From Promethearchaeota archaeon (GTDB taxonomy: Archaea; Asgardarchaeota; Lokiarchaeia; Sigyniarchaeales; SOKP01), in assembly GCA_019058445.1 (NCBI GenBank), contig JAHPZA010000003.1:484919-548918 (forward strand): DNA of 64,000 nt, given 5' to 3'. The position numbers were made by a program, and so were the translations under genes. The notes beneath the pieces are model-generated. The model saw only the letters and a program-made list of their open reading frames with translations, was not told where the DNA came from and made no database searches. Below, piece after piece: positions 29,944-41,385 of the stretch. Numbering within the stretch: the first letter of the stretch is position 1; every line of letters starts with the position of its first letter.

Positions 29944-29989
29944 TCCTTATTTTCCTCTTAATTTCTATTATCCTTTATTGAAAGAAAGT

Positions 29990-31621
29990 TTATTTTTTAA
30001 TTACTCTAACACAGCGTTTTTCAATTGATTTGTTTCCAAAATTATCCATAGCCGTGAGGGAGACCTCATATTTACCGGCCTTTTCATATGCATGCCGGGT
30101 TAAGAGCCTGGGACTCTTCTCTCCATCCCCAAAGTCCCATTCAAGTTCTAATAATATGCTTTCAGGTGCACTCATCACTGTCGGATAAAAAATAACAGAA
30201 AAACCTTCTGTAATGGGATAAGGAAGAATTGAAAATGAAATATGAGGTGAGGTCACTCCTTCTTTTTTGGTGATATATTTTTGCATATCTATTTCCTGAG
30301 CATCTGCCGAAATAATATCGGCAGCGGGAATTTCTTGAATTTTTTCAATGATATATGCGTGAGCTTTTGCGGTTCGTTCCAGCTGGTCAGGAGTACATTT
30401 ATCTATAGTATCATATTTAGTATGATAAAATACTGGTTTTCCAATGACCATTATTGAAGGAACATTGGCAAAAATGAATGGAGGTAAATCACTCACTGGG
30501 AGCTGTCTTGCTGAAACATACGCAGCGGGAAATAAATTATATTTGAACACCGCATCTTTTACTATTGGCCAGAGCAAAATATTATCTGATACAAACAGAC
30601 CTCTTCTTTCGTCAAGGCCGGTTTCTACGACACCCCCTTCAACTTGATTATACCAGCCTTTTGATCCAAATCCATCCATCATAATAAAAGTGGCAATTTT
30701 CTTTACCATCTCTGGATACATGGAATGAAATTGGAACGTTCCGACCAATCCACACTCATGACCCGTCCAACCAGCAAAAACAATAGTTTTATCCCTTTTT
30801 TCGAGAGGAATTTGAGCGAAGTATTTCGCAAGCGCAATTAAGCCAGCGTTAGCCCCTGCGTTGTCTACAGCTCCAGTAAATGTGCTGTCTACATGAGTTC
30901 CTATTAATATAATTTCATCTGTTCTTCCTGGTAGAGTTCCGAGTATCATACTACTTGGTGCCTTTTCTGTTTTTACATCTAAAGTAAATTTTACCAAAAC
31001 CTCATCAGGTGTTTTTGTACATAATGCTCTTAGATATTGCCCATCAAAATTATTTACTGACAGTGCCGGTAATCTTCTTTTCCAACCCCTCACTTCATCG
31101 ACTCCGACATAAGATATCGAATCTAACGGAGAATTATTAGTAAAAATTGCTCCGAGAGCGCCTTTTTTCTTTGCTAAGTTTAGAGAATTAAACAAATTAA
31201 CTTGTTGAGAAGGTGCAAAATTTAATACCATGATTCCGTCTATAAGCACAATTTTATTCTTAACATCAATTTTCTCAAAATCTACGGAAGTTCCATATCC
31301 CGCGTACACCATTTCGCCCTCTACTCCCTCAGGGGCGGTGGATCCACTAAGATGTACTGGAAATGTTTCAATGACTTGATCTGAAGGTATAGAAGGAGTT
31401 CCTTTAGCAATCAATTTCAGCTCCTGTTTTTCGGCCCACCAACGAGTAAATTTAAACGGATCTAATTTAACATCTGGCAATTTTGCTTCCTTTAATTTAT
31501 TATAAATATAATTTTCCGCTTCTATAGCAATTTGAGTACCAGCTCTACGATAACCAAATTCACATAGTTCTTTCATAATTTGATACATTTCAGCACCAGA
31601 AATATTTTCATAATTAGACAT
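29990..31621 (-). CDS. M28 peptidase with PA domain and C-terminal PKD domain
   Basis: THVDS, GAVDNAGA, GHECG, SDLPPF, YHTKYD; WDFGDG PKD motif; no signal peptide. Start taken at the ATG (MSNYE). Confidence 0.85.
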   Translation of the reverse strand: MSNYENISGAEMYQIMKELCEFGYRRAGTQIAIEAENYIYNKLKEAKLPDVKLDPFKFTRWWAEKQELKLIAKGTPSIPSDQVIETFPVHLSGSTAPEGVEGEMVYAGYGTSVDFEKIDVKNKIVLIDGIMVLNFAPSQQVNLFNSLNLAKKKGALGAIFTNNSPLDSISYVGVDEVRGWKRRLPALSVNNFDGQYLRALCTKTPDEVLVKFTLDVKTEKAPSSMILGTLPGRTDEIILIGTHVDSTFTGAVDNAGANAGLIALAKYFAQIPLEKRDKTIVFAGWTGHECGLVGTFQFHSMYPEMVKKIATFIMMDGFGSKGWYNQVEGGVVETGLDERRGLFVSDNILLWPIVKDAVFKYNLFPAAYVSARQLPVSDLPPFIFANVPSIMVIGKPVFYHTKYDTIDKCTPDQLERTAKAHAYIIEKIQEIPAADIISADAQEIDMQKYITKKEGVTSPHISFSILPYPITEGFSVIFYPTVMSAPESILLELEWDFGDGEKSPRLLTRHAYEKAGKYEVSLTAMDNFGNKSIEKRCVRVIKK

Positions 31622-31900
31622 TGGTTCTTTCCTCAAATAATAAGATATTTTAGAGTATTAATTATCATAAATTATTTTATAATTGGTTTAAGAGATTATT
31701 AATATTTCTTTTCTTTTTCCAATTAATCATCTGAGATTTGAGGAAGAAAAACTATTTTATCGCTTATAAATTATCAATGCTAGATAAATTACCTTTAAAT
31801 AAGAACCAATCACAATATAAAATAACGAAAAAATAATCGTAATAAGGTAAAAAATCTTAATTGAAAATATCGAAATTAATATGAGTACAAGTTGATGAAA

Positions 31901-32329
31901 ATGTCAGAAGAAAAACAAAAATCTAAACCAGTAAGGCTCAAAGGTTTTCCAATGCTTATAGGTAATCTTGTCAATTCTGTGAAGGATACTCCCGAATGTA
32001 AGGATTTACTTGAAGGAATGAGAACCCGGGTACTTTTTAATAACTTAGAAGATAAACGATGGGCGTGTTTAGTCACAGTTGATAAAAACCAAATAAAAGT
32101 GGAAGGGATTAGAAAAGAGGGTAAAGACTCTCTTAGTCGTAAAAAACTCTTCTATTGGGGCTATTGGGAATTTCCAAATCTCCAAACAATGATGGGAGCG
32201 AGTAGTTGGAAATCTGGTAAATGGATTAGAAAGATGGGATCAGGGAAAGTGAAAGGGGCTTCGCAAATTGCATTAATTGGACAGATTCTAGCTTTGGCAA
32301 GACCTCCAGAGCCTCCTGCAGAAAAATAA
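31901..32329 (+). CDS. Possible SCP2-like (sterol-carrier fold) lipid-binding protein
   Basis: Size and pattern (strands, then ...MGSGKVKG...) resemble the SCP2 C-terminal GKxKxxG motif. Weak evidence. Confidence 0.45.
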   Translation: MSEEKQKSKPVRLKGFPMLIGNLVNSVKDTPECKDLLEGMRTRVLFNNLEDKRWACLVTVDKNQIKVEGIRKEGKDSLSRKKLFYWGYWEFPNLQTMMGASSWKSGKWIRKMGSGKVKGASQIALIGQILALARPPEPPAEK

Positions 32330-32492
32330 TAATATTTTTTTATAGAGAATTTTTTTCTTTCTTTTTTTATTTTCAATTTTTCCTAAGACGCTAAAATCAC
32401 AATTGATTATAGAAAAATTAGTATTTAATGTAAGCATCATTTTACTTGGTATATAAGAATTTTAATTAGATTAAAGAAAATACAGTAGTATA

Positions 32493-34046
32493 ATGAAAGT
32501 TATTGTTATTGGCTCGGGTATATCCGGAGCAACTTCTGCAGCCTTATTAGCAAAGGAGGGGCATTCGGTGATCGTGTATGAGCAGCATGAAAAAATTGGA
32601 GGAATAACAGCAACCATCGAGCAAGATGGATATAGATGGGATTGGGGACAAATGATTGTTCCAGATTTAAGTGATAATGAACCGGGGCGGCTTGTTCTTG
32701 AAAAATTAGGCATTTCCGAAAAAATAAAAACAATTAAAGGCTATAGAGAAAATTATTTTCCTGATTTTAGAATTCGCAAACCTCAAAAGTTTAAAGGAAT
32801 TTATTGGCGAAAAGAGTATTTTAAGGAGCTATTTCCTGAAGATGCGAAAGGTATAGATAAATATTATAAAATATACAATCGAATTCATGACCTCACTGGG
32901 CTGTTTAATAAGCCAGGACTATTGGCAAAGCTTAAACTATTTTTAAAATTCCTGCCAATAATGGGCAAGAAAAATTGGAGTGCCCAACAACTTATGGATT
33001 ACTGTTTTTCAAACAAAAAGCTTCAGGCTGTTTTTATTGGGATTCTTGCGGATTATGTCGCCTCACCAGAGGTTTTTCCGGGTTTAATCATCCCCATAAT
33101 AAATGCAGAGTCTCAATATGATGAAAGAGTTCCATTAGATTATGGAAAACATGAGCATAGGTCATCATGGACATTTATTGAAAATGGATGTATAGAATTA
33201 ATAAATGCGATAGTTGGTGTGATAACAAAATGTGGTGGCAAGATAATCACTAACATGGCAGTATCAAAAATTTTGATTGAAAGCGGTAAAGGAAAAGGAG
33301 TTATTACATCTGATGGAAAAGTACATGAAGCTGATGTTGTAGTGGCAAGTGGTGGCGCAAAAGAACTGTTTTTAGATCTTATTGAAGCAAAATATCTTCC
33401 CAATGATTTTATTAACACATATATAAATAATTTATTTACCACCGAATCTGTTTTTATGGTGCATTTAGGCGTTGATTATGATCCTTCCGTCCATCAAAAT
33501 GGTGCGGCTCTCTGTTACTATTATTTAACTTATGATATTAACGAAAGTATTAAGGAATGCCAAAAAGGAATATATCATGAAGGAAAAGATGGTTTTTTAG
33601 TATATATTCCATCAGTCCATTCACCTAATATGGCCCCTCCGGGACACCATGCAGTTACAGTTTATACAATTGCTCCGAATAATCTTATCAACGGAAATTG
33701 GGAGGATAAAAAAGAAGAATGGTCTGAAAAACTCCTTGATATTGCAGAAAAACATGTTCCCGGATTACGTGAGCATACCAAGACGAAAATTATATTGACG
33801 CCGGAAGATTTCAAAAACAGGACGTATCTTAAGCATCATGCATTTGGTGGTACAGTCCCCCATTTAACAATACCCCCGCCACCGCATAAGTCGCCTATAG
33901 AGGGGCTTTGGTTTGTTGGCGCTCAAAGTGAAACTTATGGGGGGGTTATTGGAGGGATGACTGGAGCCGATAACGTGGTTAAAATGATGTTAAAAGAAAT
34001 GAATTCGAAAACAACTAAACAGACTTTCAAAAGTTTTTCTAAATAA
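32493..34046 (+). CDS. Phytoene desaturase/retinol saturase-family FAD oxidoreductase
   Basis: GSGISG...VYEQH..IGG, FMVHLG, TPEDF, GLWFVG. Confidence 0.85.
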   Translation: MKVIVIGSGISGATSAALLAKEGHSVIVYEQHEKIGGITATIEQDGYRWDWGQMIVPDLSDNEPGRLVLEKLGISEKIKTIKGYRENYFPDFRIRKPQKFKGIYWRKEYFKELFPEDAKGIDKYYKIYNRIHDLTGLFNKPGLLAKLKLFLKFLPIMGKKNWSAQQLMDYCFSNKKLQAVFIGILADYVASPEVFPGLIIPIINAESQYDERVPLDYGKHEHRSSWTFIENGCIELINAIVGVITKCGGKIITNMAVSKILIESGKGKGVITSDGKVHEADVVVASGGAKELFLDLIEAKYLPNDFINTYINNLFTTESVFMVHLGVDYDPSVHQNGAALCYYYLTYDINESIKECQKGIYHEGKDGFLVYIPSVHSPNMAPPGHHAVTVYTIAPNNLINGNWEDKKEEWSEKLLDIAEKHVPGLREHTKTKIILTPEDFKNRTYLKHHAFGGTVPHLTIPPPPHKSPIEGLWFVGAQSETYGGVIGGMTGADNVVKMMLKEMNSKTTKQTFKSFSK

Positions 34047-34162
34047 ATTCCTTTACAACTTTAATCATTAAAGGTTTATAGATGAATTTTGATTAAACAG
34101 AACTATAAAAGTAAATTTTTAATTATTCAAACACAAAAGGAAATAAAAGAGGAAGAAAAGAT

Positions 34163-34990
34163 ATGGAATTAAAGTATGATCTAGAATCAATAACATCTCA
34201 TACAGTTGCAAATACAACTGGTATAGGTCGTGGAAATGCTGGAGCAATTTCTTTACGAAATTTCACAATTGCTATAGATTCCACGATATATGCCAAAACT
34301 GCCCAAATATTCCGCTATAATCTGGAGAAACATTTTAATTTGCCAATCAAATTTCTTATTTTTACCCATTACCATGCAGATCATATTTTTGGAATTGGAC
34401 CGTTTACCGATGTAGTAACAATTAGTAGTGAGCAAATGATAAGAAATATGAAATCAAAAAGCATTAAAGACCAGTATGAAATCAGGGTTAAAGAGTTTCA
34501 AAAAGAAGATCCCTTGGCTGAAGGTGTAGAATTTAAATTGCCAAATATTGGATTTAATGAGAAACTAATAATTTATGATGAAGATTTACACATCGAGGTA
34601 TTACATACAGGGGGCCACACATCTGGAACCAGTATTGTATATTTTCCCTATGAAAAAGTTGTTTTTGCTGGTGATTTGATTTTTGCTAATTATTTTCCGT
34701 ATGCAGGTGATCCTACATGCAATCCAAATAAGTATATTGAAGCCCTTGAAATAATGAAGAGCTTAAATGCAGAAATTATAATTCCAGGTCATGGAGTTGT
34801 ATTAAAGGGTAAAAACGCTTTGGATATATATATTGAATTTTTCAAAAATTTTCGAAAATCTATAAAGAATGCTATTAAAGAAAATGTTTCTCCCGAAAAG
34901 GTAGAGATTCCACATACATTTGATACTTTTCGTGATGAATTAAAAACAAGATCGATAGAGCACTGGTACAAATTCTTTCAAAATGAATAA
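34163..34990 (+). CDS. MBL-fold metallo-hydrolase
   Basis: THYHADH, GHT, AGDL and PGHG motifs. Confidence 0.9.
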   Translation: MELKYDLESITSHTVANTTGIGRGNAGAISLRNFTIAIDSTIYAKTAQIFRYNLEKHFNLPIKFLIFTHYHADHIFGIGPFTDVVTISSEQMIRNMKSKSIKDQYEIRVKEFQKEDPLAEGVEFKLPNIGFNEKLIIYDEDLHIEVLHTGGHTSGTSIVYFPYEKVVFAGDLIFANYFPYAGDPTCNPNKYIEALEIMKSLNAEIIIPGHGVVLKGKNALDIYIEFFKNFRKSIKNAIKENVSPEKVEIPHTFDTFRDELKTRSIEHWYKFFQNE

Positions 34991-35030
34991 GATATAATGC
35001 CGAAGTGCAGCATTCATATTTGGAATTTAA

Positions 35031-36422
35031 TTAGATATTCCCTCTTTTTTCTTGATGTATTCTATCAATCTCATTTTTGATTTGTTCATATCTTTCTTTA
35101 TTGATGGGAAATTTTAACATTGATAGAACTCCGATTAATAACACAACAGCCGGAAAGATAAACATTAAACTTCGAAGCCCAAGAATAGTTTCTTCAGTAG
35201 CTAATTTGGGGTTAAATACCGTCCATCCGATAATGTTAAAAACAAAGCTTATAGATAAGAATACAGCAATTATAGTCAGTCTATTCATCAAAATTAAAGA
35301 TCCCATATATGCGCCTTCTCTTCGAATTCCCGTTATTAATTCATCTTCATCAATAATCGCAGAGGCGGCTATAATACGAAAAAACATTGCTCCAGAGATT
35401 CCCAAACCCACAAAAATGTAAGCGATAAATGCTCCTATGATATCATTAATAAACATAAAAGGAACTAAGGTTATAATAAAACTGATTAATGCTATTATCA
35501 TACCATTCTTCACTCCAAACTTTAATGATATATATCTCCAAAATACTGTAAATAGTGCAGCAGAAATAAACGAAACTCCTAAAAGGAGGGATAAGATAAA
35601 GGAATTTTCAATATGTAATACAAATCTTCCATATAAAGGAGTAATTACTGGTAAAATACCAAATACATAATAAATTGTAAAGTAGGCAACAAGATTTTTT
35701 CGAAAAGCCTTGTTATTCAATGAAATTTTTATTGAGGATATTATGGGAGGGGCTTTTTCAGAATCCTTTAAGTATTCCAATCGCTCTTTAATCCCAAATT
35801 TAATAAATATTCCACCGGAAATTCCAACAATGATCGCCATAAATATACCCGCATAAATATAGTTCACAGCGTATTTTGAATCAGTATAATTGGGAATGAA
35901 AAAGCTTGGAGCTAAATATGCAAAGATTAATGCTATTATTCCAATGATTTGAATAATATTATTGGCTCTTGCTCTTTCTTCTAAATTTTGATACATTTCA
36001 GGAAATAAAGCCATTGTATTCAAGCTATACATGTTAAAGAAAAACTCAAATAAAAAAATCATAATAAGAAAATAAATAAAGATTGTAATCTCAGGTCCTG
36101 CCGGCGGAATCCATAAAAATATTAATATGATAGAGGTGGGTATTATTCCTACAATTATATATGGTTTTCTCCTCCCCCATTTCGATTTGGTTCGGTCTGA
36201 GAGGGCTCCTAATAATGGATTATTAATTAGGTCCCATAATGACCTTAAAATAAATCCTAACGTGATCCAATTAATATTTAAGCCAACAATAGTAAAGTAA
36301 AAGGTGAATAATAAAAATGAAATAAATTGAGATGCTACAACATCGGCAAAATAAGCATTACTATATGCCAATATATCGGTGGTCGAGTGTTCCTGTTTAG
36401 TTTTATCTTTTGTAATGTTCAT
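35031..36422 (-). CDS. MFS GPH-family symporter
   Basis: LGALSDRTKSKWGRRKPY and DEDELITGIRREG motifs. Confidence 0.9.
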   Translation of the reverse strand: MNITKDKTKQEHSTTDILAYSNAYFADVVASQFISFLLFTFYFTIVGLNINWITLGFILRSLWDLINNPLLGALSDRTKSKWGRRKPYIIVGIIPTSIILIFLWIPPAGPEITIFIYFLIMIFLFEFFFNMYSLNTMALFPEMYQNLEERARANNIIQIIGIIALIFAYLAPSFFIPNYTDSKYAVNYIYAGIFMAIIVGISGGIFIKFGIKERLEYLKDSEKAPPIISSIKISLNNKAFRKNLVAYFTIYYVFGILPVITPLYGRFVLHIENSFILSLLLGVSFISAALFTVFWRYISLKFGVKNGMIIALISFIITLVPFMFINDIIGAFIAYIFVGLGISGAMFFRIIAASAIIDEDELITGIRREGAYMGSLILMNRLTIIAVFLSISFVFNIIGWTVFNPKLATEETILGLRSLMFIFPAVVLLIGVLSMLKFPINKERYEQIKNEIDRIHQEKRGNI

Positions 36423-36576
36423 TTATATTTACAAATTTGTTTAAATATTTTAATTGGCTAATTTTATGCATATATTTAATTAATACTATTATATTAATTT
36501 CATTTAATATAAAGTGAATAAAAATAAGAACTTAATTTTGTTCACAGAGATATGATCAAATAGAAAATAAACTAAT

Positions 36577-37470
36577 CTATTCATTCATTTGTTTTTTCAA
36601 TTTCTTTAGGTATACCTTTGCTGCTTTATCCTTTGGGTCGATTTTCAGTGCATTTTCAATGCATTCCAAGGCTTTCTGAGGATCCCCCGTATTATTATAT
36701 GCGATTCCTAAATTATAAAATGCCGTGGAATTATTAGAATCGGTCTGAATAGCCTTTTCATAACACTCGATAGCTCTTTCGATCTTGCCAATATCTTTAT
36801 AAGCAAACCCTAAATTATTCCACACTTCTGATACGTTTGGATCCAGACTTACTGATTTTTCAAAACTCTCAATAGCTTTTAATTTCTTTTCCAATCTATA
36901 ATAAGATTCTCCCATTTCATACCATATTACGGCATCATCAGGATCCAATCTAATTGATCTATTAAAACTGTCTATAGCATTCTTGAAATTTCCAGCACTT
37001 TTATAGATACGGCCTATATTTTTCCAAGCATTCACATATTTTGAATCTAGCTTAGTTACTTTATTGAAGCTCTCTACAGCTTTTTGCCCATCGTGGGTTT
37101 TGAGATATGCCAGTCCTAAGTGAAACCAGGCATTTTTGTCCTTTGCATCAAGATTCACTGCTTGTGTAAAGTATTCAATTGCTTTTTTATAATTTTCTAA
37201 TTTACTATATCCTATTCCACAATTAAACCATGCTATTTGATCTTGGGGGTTAATTGCAATAGCTTTATCGCAACTTTGAACTAACATTTTATAATTTCCT
37301 ACATTCTCATATGCTGCACCGAGATTAATCCATATATCGCTACTTTCGGGATAAATTTTAGCTGCATTTTTGAAAGCATTAATGGCCTCTTTAAACTTTC
37401 CAGAATCAAAATAATTAACTCCGGCAGTAACCCATTCTGAACCCGTTTTCCCTTCAATTTTTTTTGACAT
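36577..37470 (-). CDS. TPR-repeat protein
   Basis: About 8 consecutive 34-aa W..LG..Y...A...A..P repeats. Confidence 0.92.
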   Translation of the reverse strand: MSKKIEGKTGSEWVTAGVNYFDSGKFKEAINAFKNAAKIYPESSDIWINLGAAYENVGNYKMLVQSCDKAIAINPQDQIAWFNCGIGYSKLENYKKAIEYFTQAVNLDAKDKNAWFHLGLAYLKTHDGQKAVESFNKVTKLDSKYVNAWKNIGRIYKSAGNFKNAIDSFNRSIRLDPDDAVIWYEMGESYYRLEKKLKAIESFEKSVSLDPNVSEVWNNLGFAYKDIGKIERAIECYEKAIQTDSNNSTAFYNLGIAYNNTGDPQKALECIENALKIDPKDKAAKVYLKKLKKQMNE

Positions 37471-37640
37471 ATGAAATCAAAATCTCTAATAAGAATCATC
37501 TTATAAAACTTTAATTTTTTAGAAAGAATAAACTCAAAAACTGAATTTTAGGCTGGATATCACTAAGATAAAATAATAGTATACAATTTGAAAAAAATGA
37601 ACCTTATGATGGATGGAATTTAAATGACTGCTATGGATAC

Positions 37641-38366
37641 TCAAATACTTGAAATTTCATTCACTAGTGTTGCTCCACAGTGTTTGCAATATTTATCATT
37701 TAGGTTTATTCGTTTACCACAGGAAGAACAGGTTTTAAATTTAAACTGCGTTAACCACATTCTGCAAGCTATACAAAAATTAGCTGTAGCTCGATTCTCC
37801 ATTCCGCATCTAGGGCAGATAATTTTACCAGGTTGTTCTTGAAACTCTCGAGACATATCTATGCTGCTTCCAGTTTTTTTTAAAAAAATTTGTGAGGGCG
37901 GTATGTCAGATTGTTCTACTGGAAGAATACAAATAGCGTCCTTGCTATGTGTTCCGACGTTTGATATTAATCCCGTTTTTTGCAAAAAGAACAAAGCTAA
38001 GTGCCAATCCCTATATTTTTTTCCTTTTATTGGCTTCCATTTTGAAGGAAGCTGAATTACAAAACCAATTTCAATTTTTTCACCGGATTTTATAAATTGG
38101 GGATGTTCTAAACGGTATTTTTTAAGAAAGATACTTTGCTCCATCCAACGTTTACGAGTAAAAAGACTATCTGGATCATGTTCGGATAGTCTTTCATAAT
38201 GTTCGAATCTTGAAAGTAATTCTATATATACCTTTTTCAACTTTTTTTCTTTGTTTCCTGTATTACTTAGAGTAATCTTACCCGAAAGTGTATCATTAGG
38301 ATATACTATCGAAGGAGGATCATAAATCTCATATGTTATGTGTATTTTTGAAGTAATAGATCCCAC
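37641..38366 (-). CDS. Arrestin-N/SpoOM-like domain protein with double Zn ribbon
   Basis: VYPNDTLSGKITLSN...KKVYIEL...GEKIEIGFVIQLP; C-terminal CPRC/CIAC/CSSC/CKHC. Confidence 0.6.
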   Translation of the reverse strand: MGSITSKIHITYEIYDPPSIVYPNDTLSGKITLSNTGNKEKKLKKVYIELLSRFEHYERLSEHDPDSLFTRKRWMEQSIFLKKYRLEHPQFIKSGEKIEIGFVIQLPSKWKPIKGKKYRDWHLALFFLQKTGLISNVGTHSKDAICILPVEQSDIPPSQIFLKKTGSSIDMSREFQEQPGKIICPRCGMENRATANFCIACRMWLTQFKFKTCSSCGKRINLNDKYCKHCGATLVNEISSI

Positions 38367-38492
38367 TACTTACTGTATAAAAATCTTTTATAGAATGATT
38401 ATAAAATGGTTTTTCGAATTTATATAAATTTTTGTCAAATTTAAAATTATTTTTAAAACTTAAGGGAAAAAAAGAAAAAGTGGATTTTTATT

Positions 38493-39779
38493 CTATTTAG
38501 GTTCATAATCCTCTGGATTTAATAAAGCGAAGAATATGATGCCAACATTTTGCATTATTGCTAAGAATAAAAAGACAATAAAAAAGCTTGCAGTCATCCG
38601 AAATATTATTCCCGTAATAAAAAGTCCCAAAACTACTCCGATATTGGTAAATGCCATACAAATTGCAAAATAAGTCCCTATCATTTCAGGATGTTTTTTT
38701 GATATTTGACCTGTGACACCAGTATAACTTGAAATGCGGATGCCCATTGCAAAACCAATTAAACCGGCAAAAAAGAGCAGTACTCCAATTCCAATTAAGT
38801 TGATATCAATTAAAATTAATAATATTGTAACAGTCGATAATAAAAATGAAAGATATACACTTATTCTCCTTGAAAGAAGATCAGATAATCGTCCCCCTAA
38901 TACTGAACCAACAATTATCCCAATACTCGTAATAAGGCTTATATTAGCTTGGTACACATATAAAGATGCCTCTGTTCCTCCTAATGACAAAGATCCTCCC
39001 GGCTTTAATTCGATTAAATTCATTTGAATTAAAATATAGATCGATAAGAATATAAAAATCACTTGATTGAGCAGTGAATTAAAAATCGAGTATAAATAAA
39101 CCTTCCAATCTCTGCTGTTATTAAACATGCTTTTCATATGGGATCCTATTTGAACTTCAGGATATGTTGTTGCTACTTTTATTGTAAGTATTAAAAAAGC
39201 TACAATTATTAATAAAATTCCAACAATCACAAAAACTAATTACACAGTTAAAACTTCAAAAATAACTACTAGATAAAGGAAAATAGGACCCCCCGTTACA
39301 GTGCCTATTGCTCTTGTACCAAAACAATACCCTTGAGTTCTTCCTAATTTCTCTTTTGGACAAATATCAAGAATAAAAGCATCAGTAGCAGTATCAATAA
39401 TATACAAAGTTAAAAATATGATAAAACCCAGTATTGATATAATTACTAAAACGTTAGTAGGAGTTATCAATATAGGCAGAGCAATAAATAAAAATCCAGA
39501 TATAATTCCTGCAACTAAAATCCAAGGCTTTCGTCGACCAAGTTTCTTCGTACCAAACCTATCAGTTAATATACCATAAATGAATTTCATTAGAATAGGT
39601 GCTGCCACAATAGTCGCTAAAAAGGCTAGATCGCTGGCATCTAAGGTTCCTATAAATCCTATTAAGAAAACAGGAATAATGACTGCGAAGGTACTCATAA
39701 CTATGCCTTGCATGAGATAGTTTATGGTGAAAACTAAAGTATATGATGATTTGTATTCAATATCTTCTTCACTAGCCAT
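38493..39779 (-). pseudogene. AmpG-like MFS transporter interrupted by one in-frame TAA
   Basis: ORFs 39240..39779 and 38493..39230 share a frame: ...FEVLTV*LVFVIVG... with TAA at 39240-39242. Joined length is about 428 aa, with MKFIYGILTD..GRRKPW and D.ATDA motifs. Confidence 0.8.
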
Positions 39780-39913
39780 CTTTAAATCTCTATTCTTGTT
39801 AGTTTATTAAATTTCATACTATAAAATTAGATAAAATTTATTTCTATTATTATTTAAAGATAACCTTTTAATGCGAGTTAAAACTTGATTTACAAAACAA
39901 TCGCTAACCAATT

Positions 39914-41338
39914 ATGACTATTATCAGACCAAAAATTCAATTGTTAGATGAGAAACATAAAGCACAAATTCTTCTAGAAGCTAAAAATATTCTTGAAACT
40001 CTCGGAGTCTATATAGAAAATGAGCAAGCGATTGAATTATTAAACAGTAATGGATTAAACCATAAAAATTCGCGCTTTTTCCTTCCATCTGATTTAGTAG
40101 ATAAGTGTTTAGGGGATGTTCCATCCGAAATTATTTTATATGATAGAGAGAGTGAAGAAAACCTCTCATTGAGAGATGATAATTCCTATTTTAATCCTGG
40201 ATCTGCTGCGATGCATATTTTAGATGATGCTACTTATCAGAGAAGAAAGGCAACTACTCAAGATTTTATCCGTTTTTCTAAAATTGTTGAGCAATTAAAG
40301 TATATTGAGGCTCAGAGTACCGCATTAATCTGTAATGATATCCACATAGAGGCTCAAGATTGGCATAGGTTATTGATCTGTTTAACAAATTGCTATAAAC
40401 CAATTATTACGGGTACATTCCGTAAAGAAAGTTTCAAAATCATGCGAGAGCTCCTTCTTGCCTGCCGATTATCTGAGGATGACTTAGCGAGAAAGCCGTT
40501 GGCTATCTTCGATGCTGCGCCTTCTCCACCTTTAAAATGGACGGATCTCACAACCCAAGCCATAATTGACGGAGCGAAAAGTAGGATTCCCGTGGAATTT
40601 GTATCAATGCCTTTAGGAGGAGCAAATGCTCCAATTACATTAATAGGTTCGATCACCCAAATCTGTGCTGAGAACTTAGCTGGGATAGTAATTTCCCAAC
40701 TAACAGCTCGCGGAGCCCCTCTCATATGGGGAGGTTCTCCATCAATGTTAGATATGAAATATGGAACACCACCAATGAGTGCAATCGAATCGATGATGGT
40801 AAATATTGGTGGTGTTGAAATGGGTAAATATTTGAATATGCCCACACATGCTTATATGAGTGTAAGCGACTCAATGATTCCGGATACTCAAGCAGGTCTT
40901 GAAGCAGGAATGGGTATATTACTTGGAGCATTAGCCGGAATAAATGTAAATTCCGGTCCTGGAATGTTAGAATTTGAAATTACTCAAAGCATTGAGAAAC
41001 TATTAATTGATAATGAAATTGTTGGTATGGTAAAAAGATTTTTATCTGGAATTGAAGATTACGGGAAGCCTTTTGCGTCAGATATTTTACAAGATTATCA
41101 AAAGAAGGAACAACTACTTACACACCCGACAACCAAGAAGTTATTTAAGACAGAATTATTTTTACCAAGTTCTATAATTAATAGAATGTCCTATAGTATG
41201 TGGAAAAATTCCGGAGAAAAATCAACAAGGAAGAGAGCTATGGAAGAAGCCTCCAAATTAATAAAAAAGCCTCCGATAAAACCCATTAAGGAAATTCTGC
41301 GAAATGAATTAAATAAAATTGCGTCTAATTATTTATAA
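39914..41338 (+). CDS. MttB-superfamily (non-pyrrolysine) methyltransferase
   Basis: PSPPLKW, GANAPITLIG, AENLAG, GAPLIWG, DMKYG, SDSMIPDTQAGLE; no in-frame TAG. Confidence 0.9.
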   Translation: MTIIRPKIQLLDEKHKAQILLEAKNILETLGVYIENEQAIELLNSNGLNHKNSRFFLPSDLVDKCLGDVPSEIILYDRESEENLSLRDDNSYFNPGSAAMHILDDATYQRRKATTQDFIRFSKIVEQLKYIEAQSTALICNDIHIEAQDWHRLLICLTNCYKPIITGTFRKESFKIMRELLLACRLSEDDLARKPLAIFDAAPSPPLKWTDLTTQAIIDGAKSRIPVEFVSMPLGGANAPITLIGSITQICAENLAGIVISQLTARGAPLIWGGSPSMLDMKYGTPPMSAIESMMVNIGGVEMGKYLNMPTHAYMSVSDSMIPDTQAGLEAGMGILLGALAGINVNSGPGMLEFEITQSIEKLLIDNEIVGMVKRFLSGIEDYGKPFASDILQDYQKKEQLLTHPTTKKLFKTELFLPSSIINRMSYSMWKNSGEKSTRKRAMEEASKLIKKPPIKPIKEILRNELNKIASNYL

Positions 41339-41385
41339 TAAAAATAAAATTTTTTATAGAAATTTGATTTTAATTAAAGAGAAAG

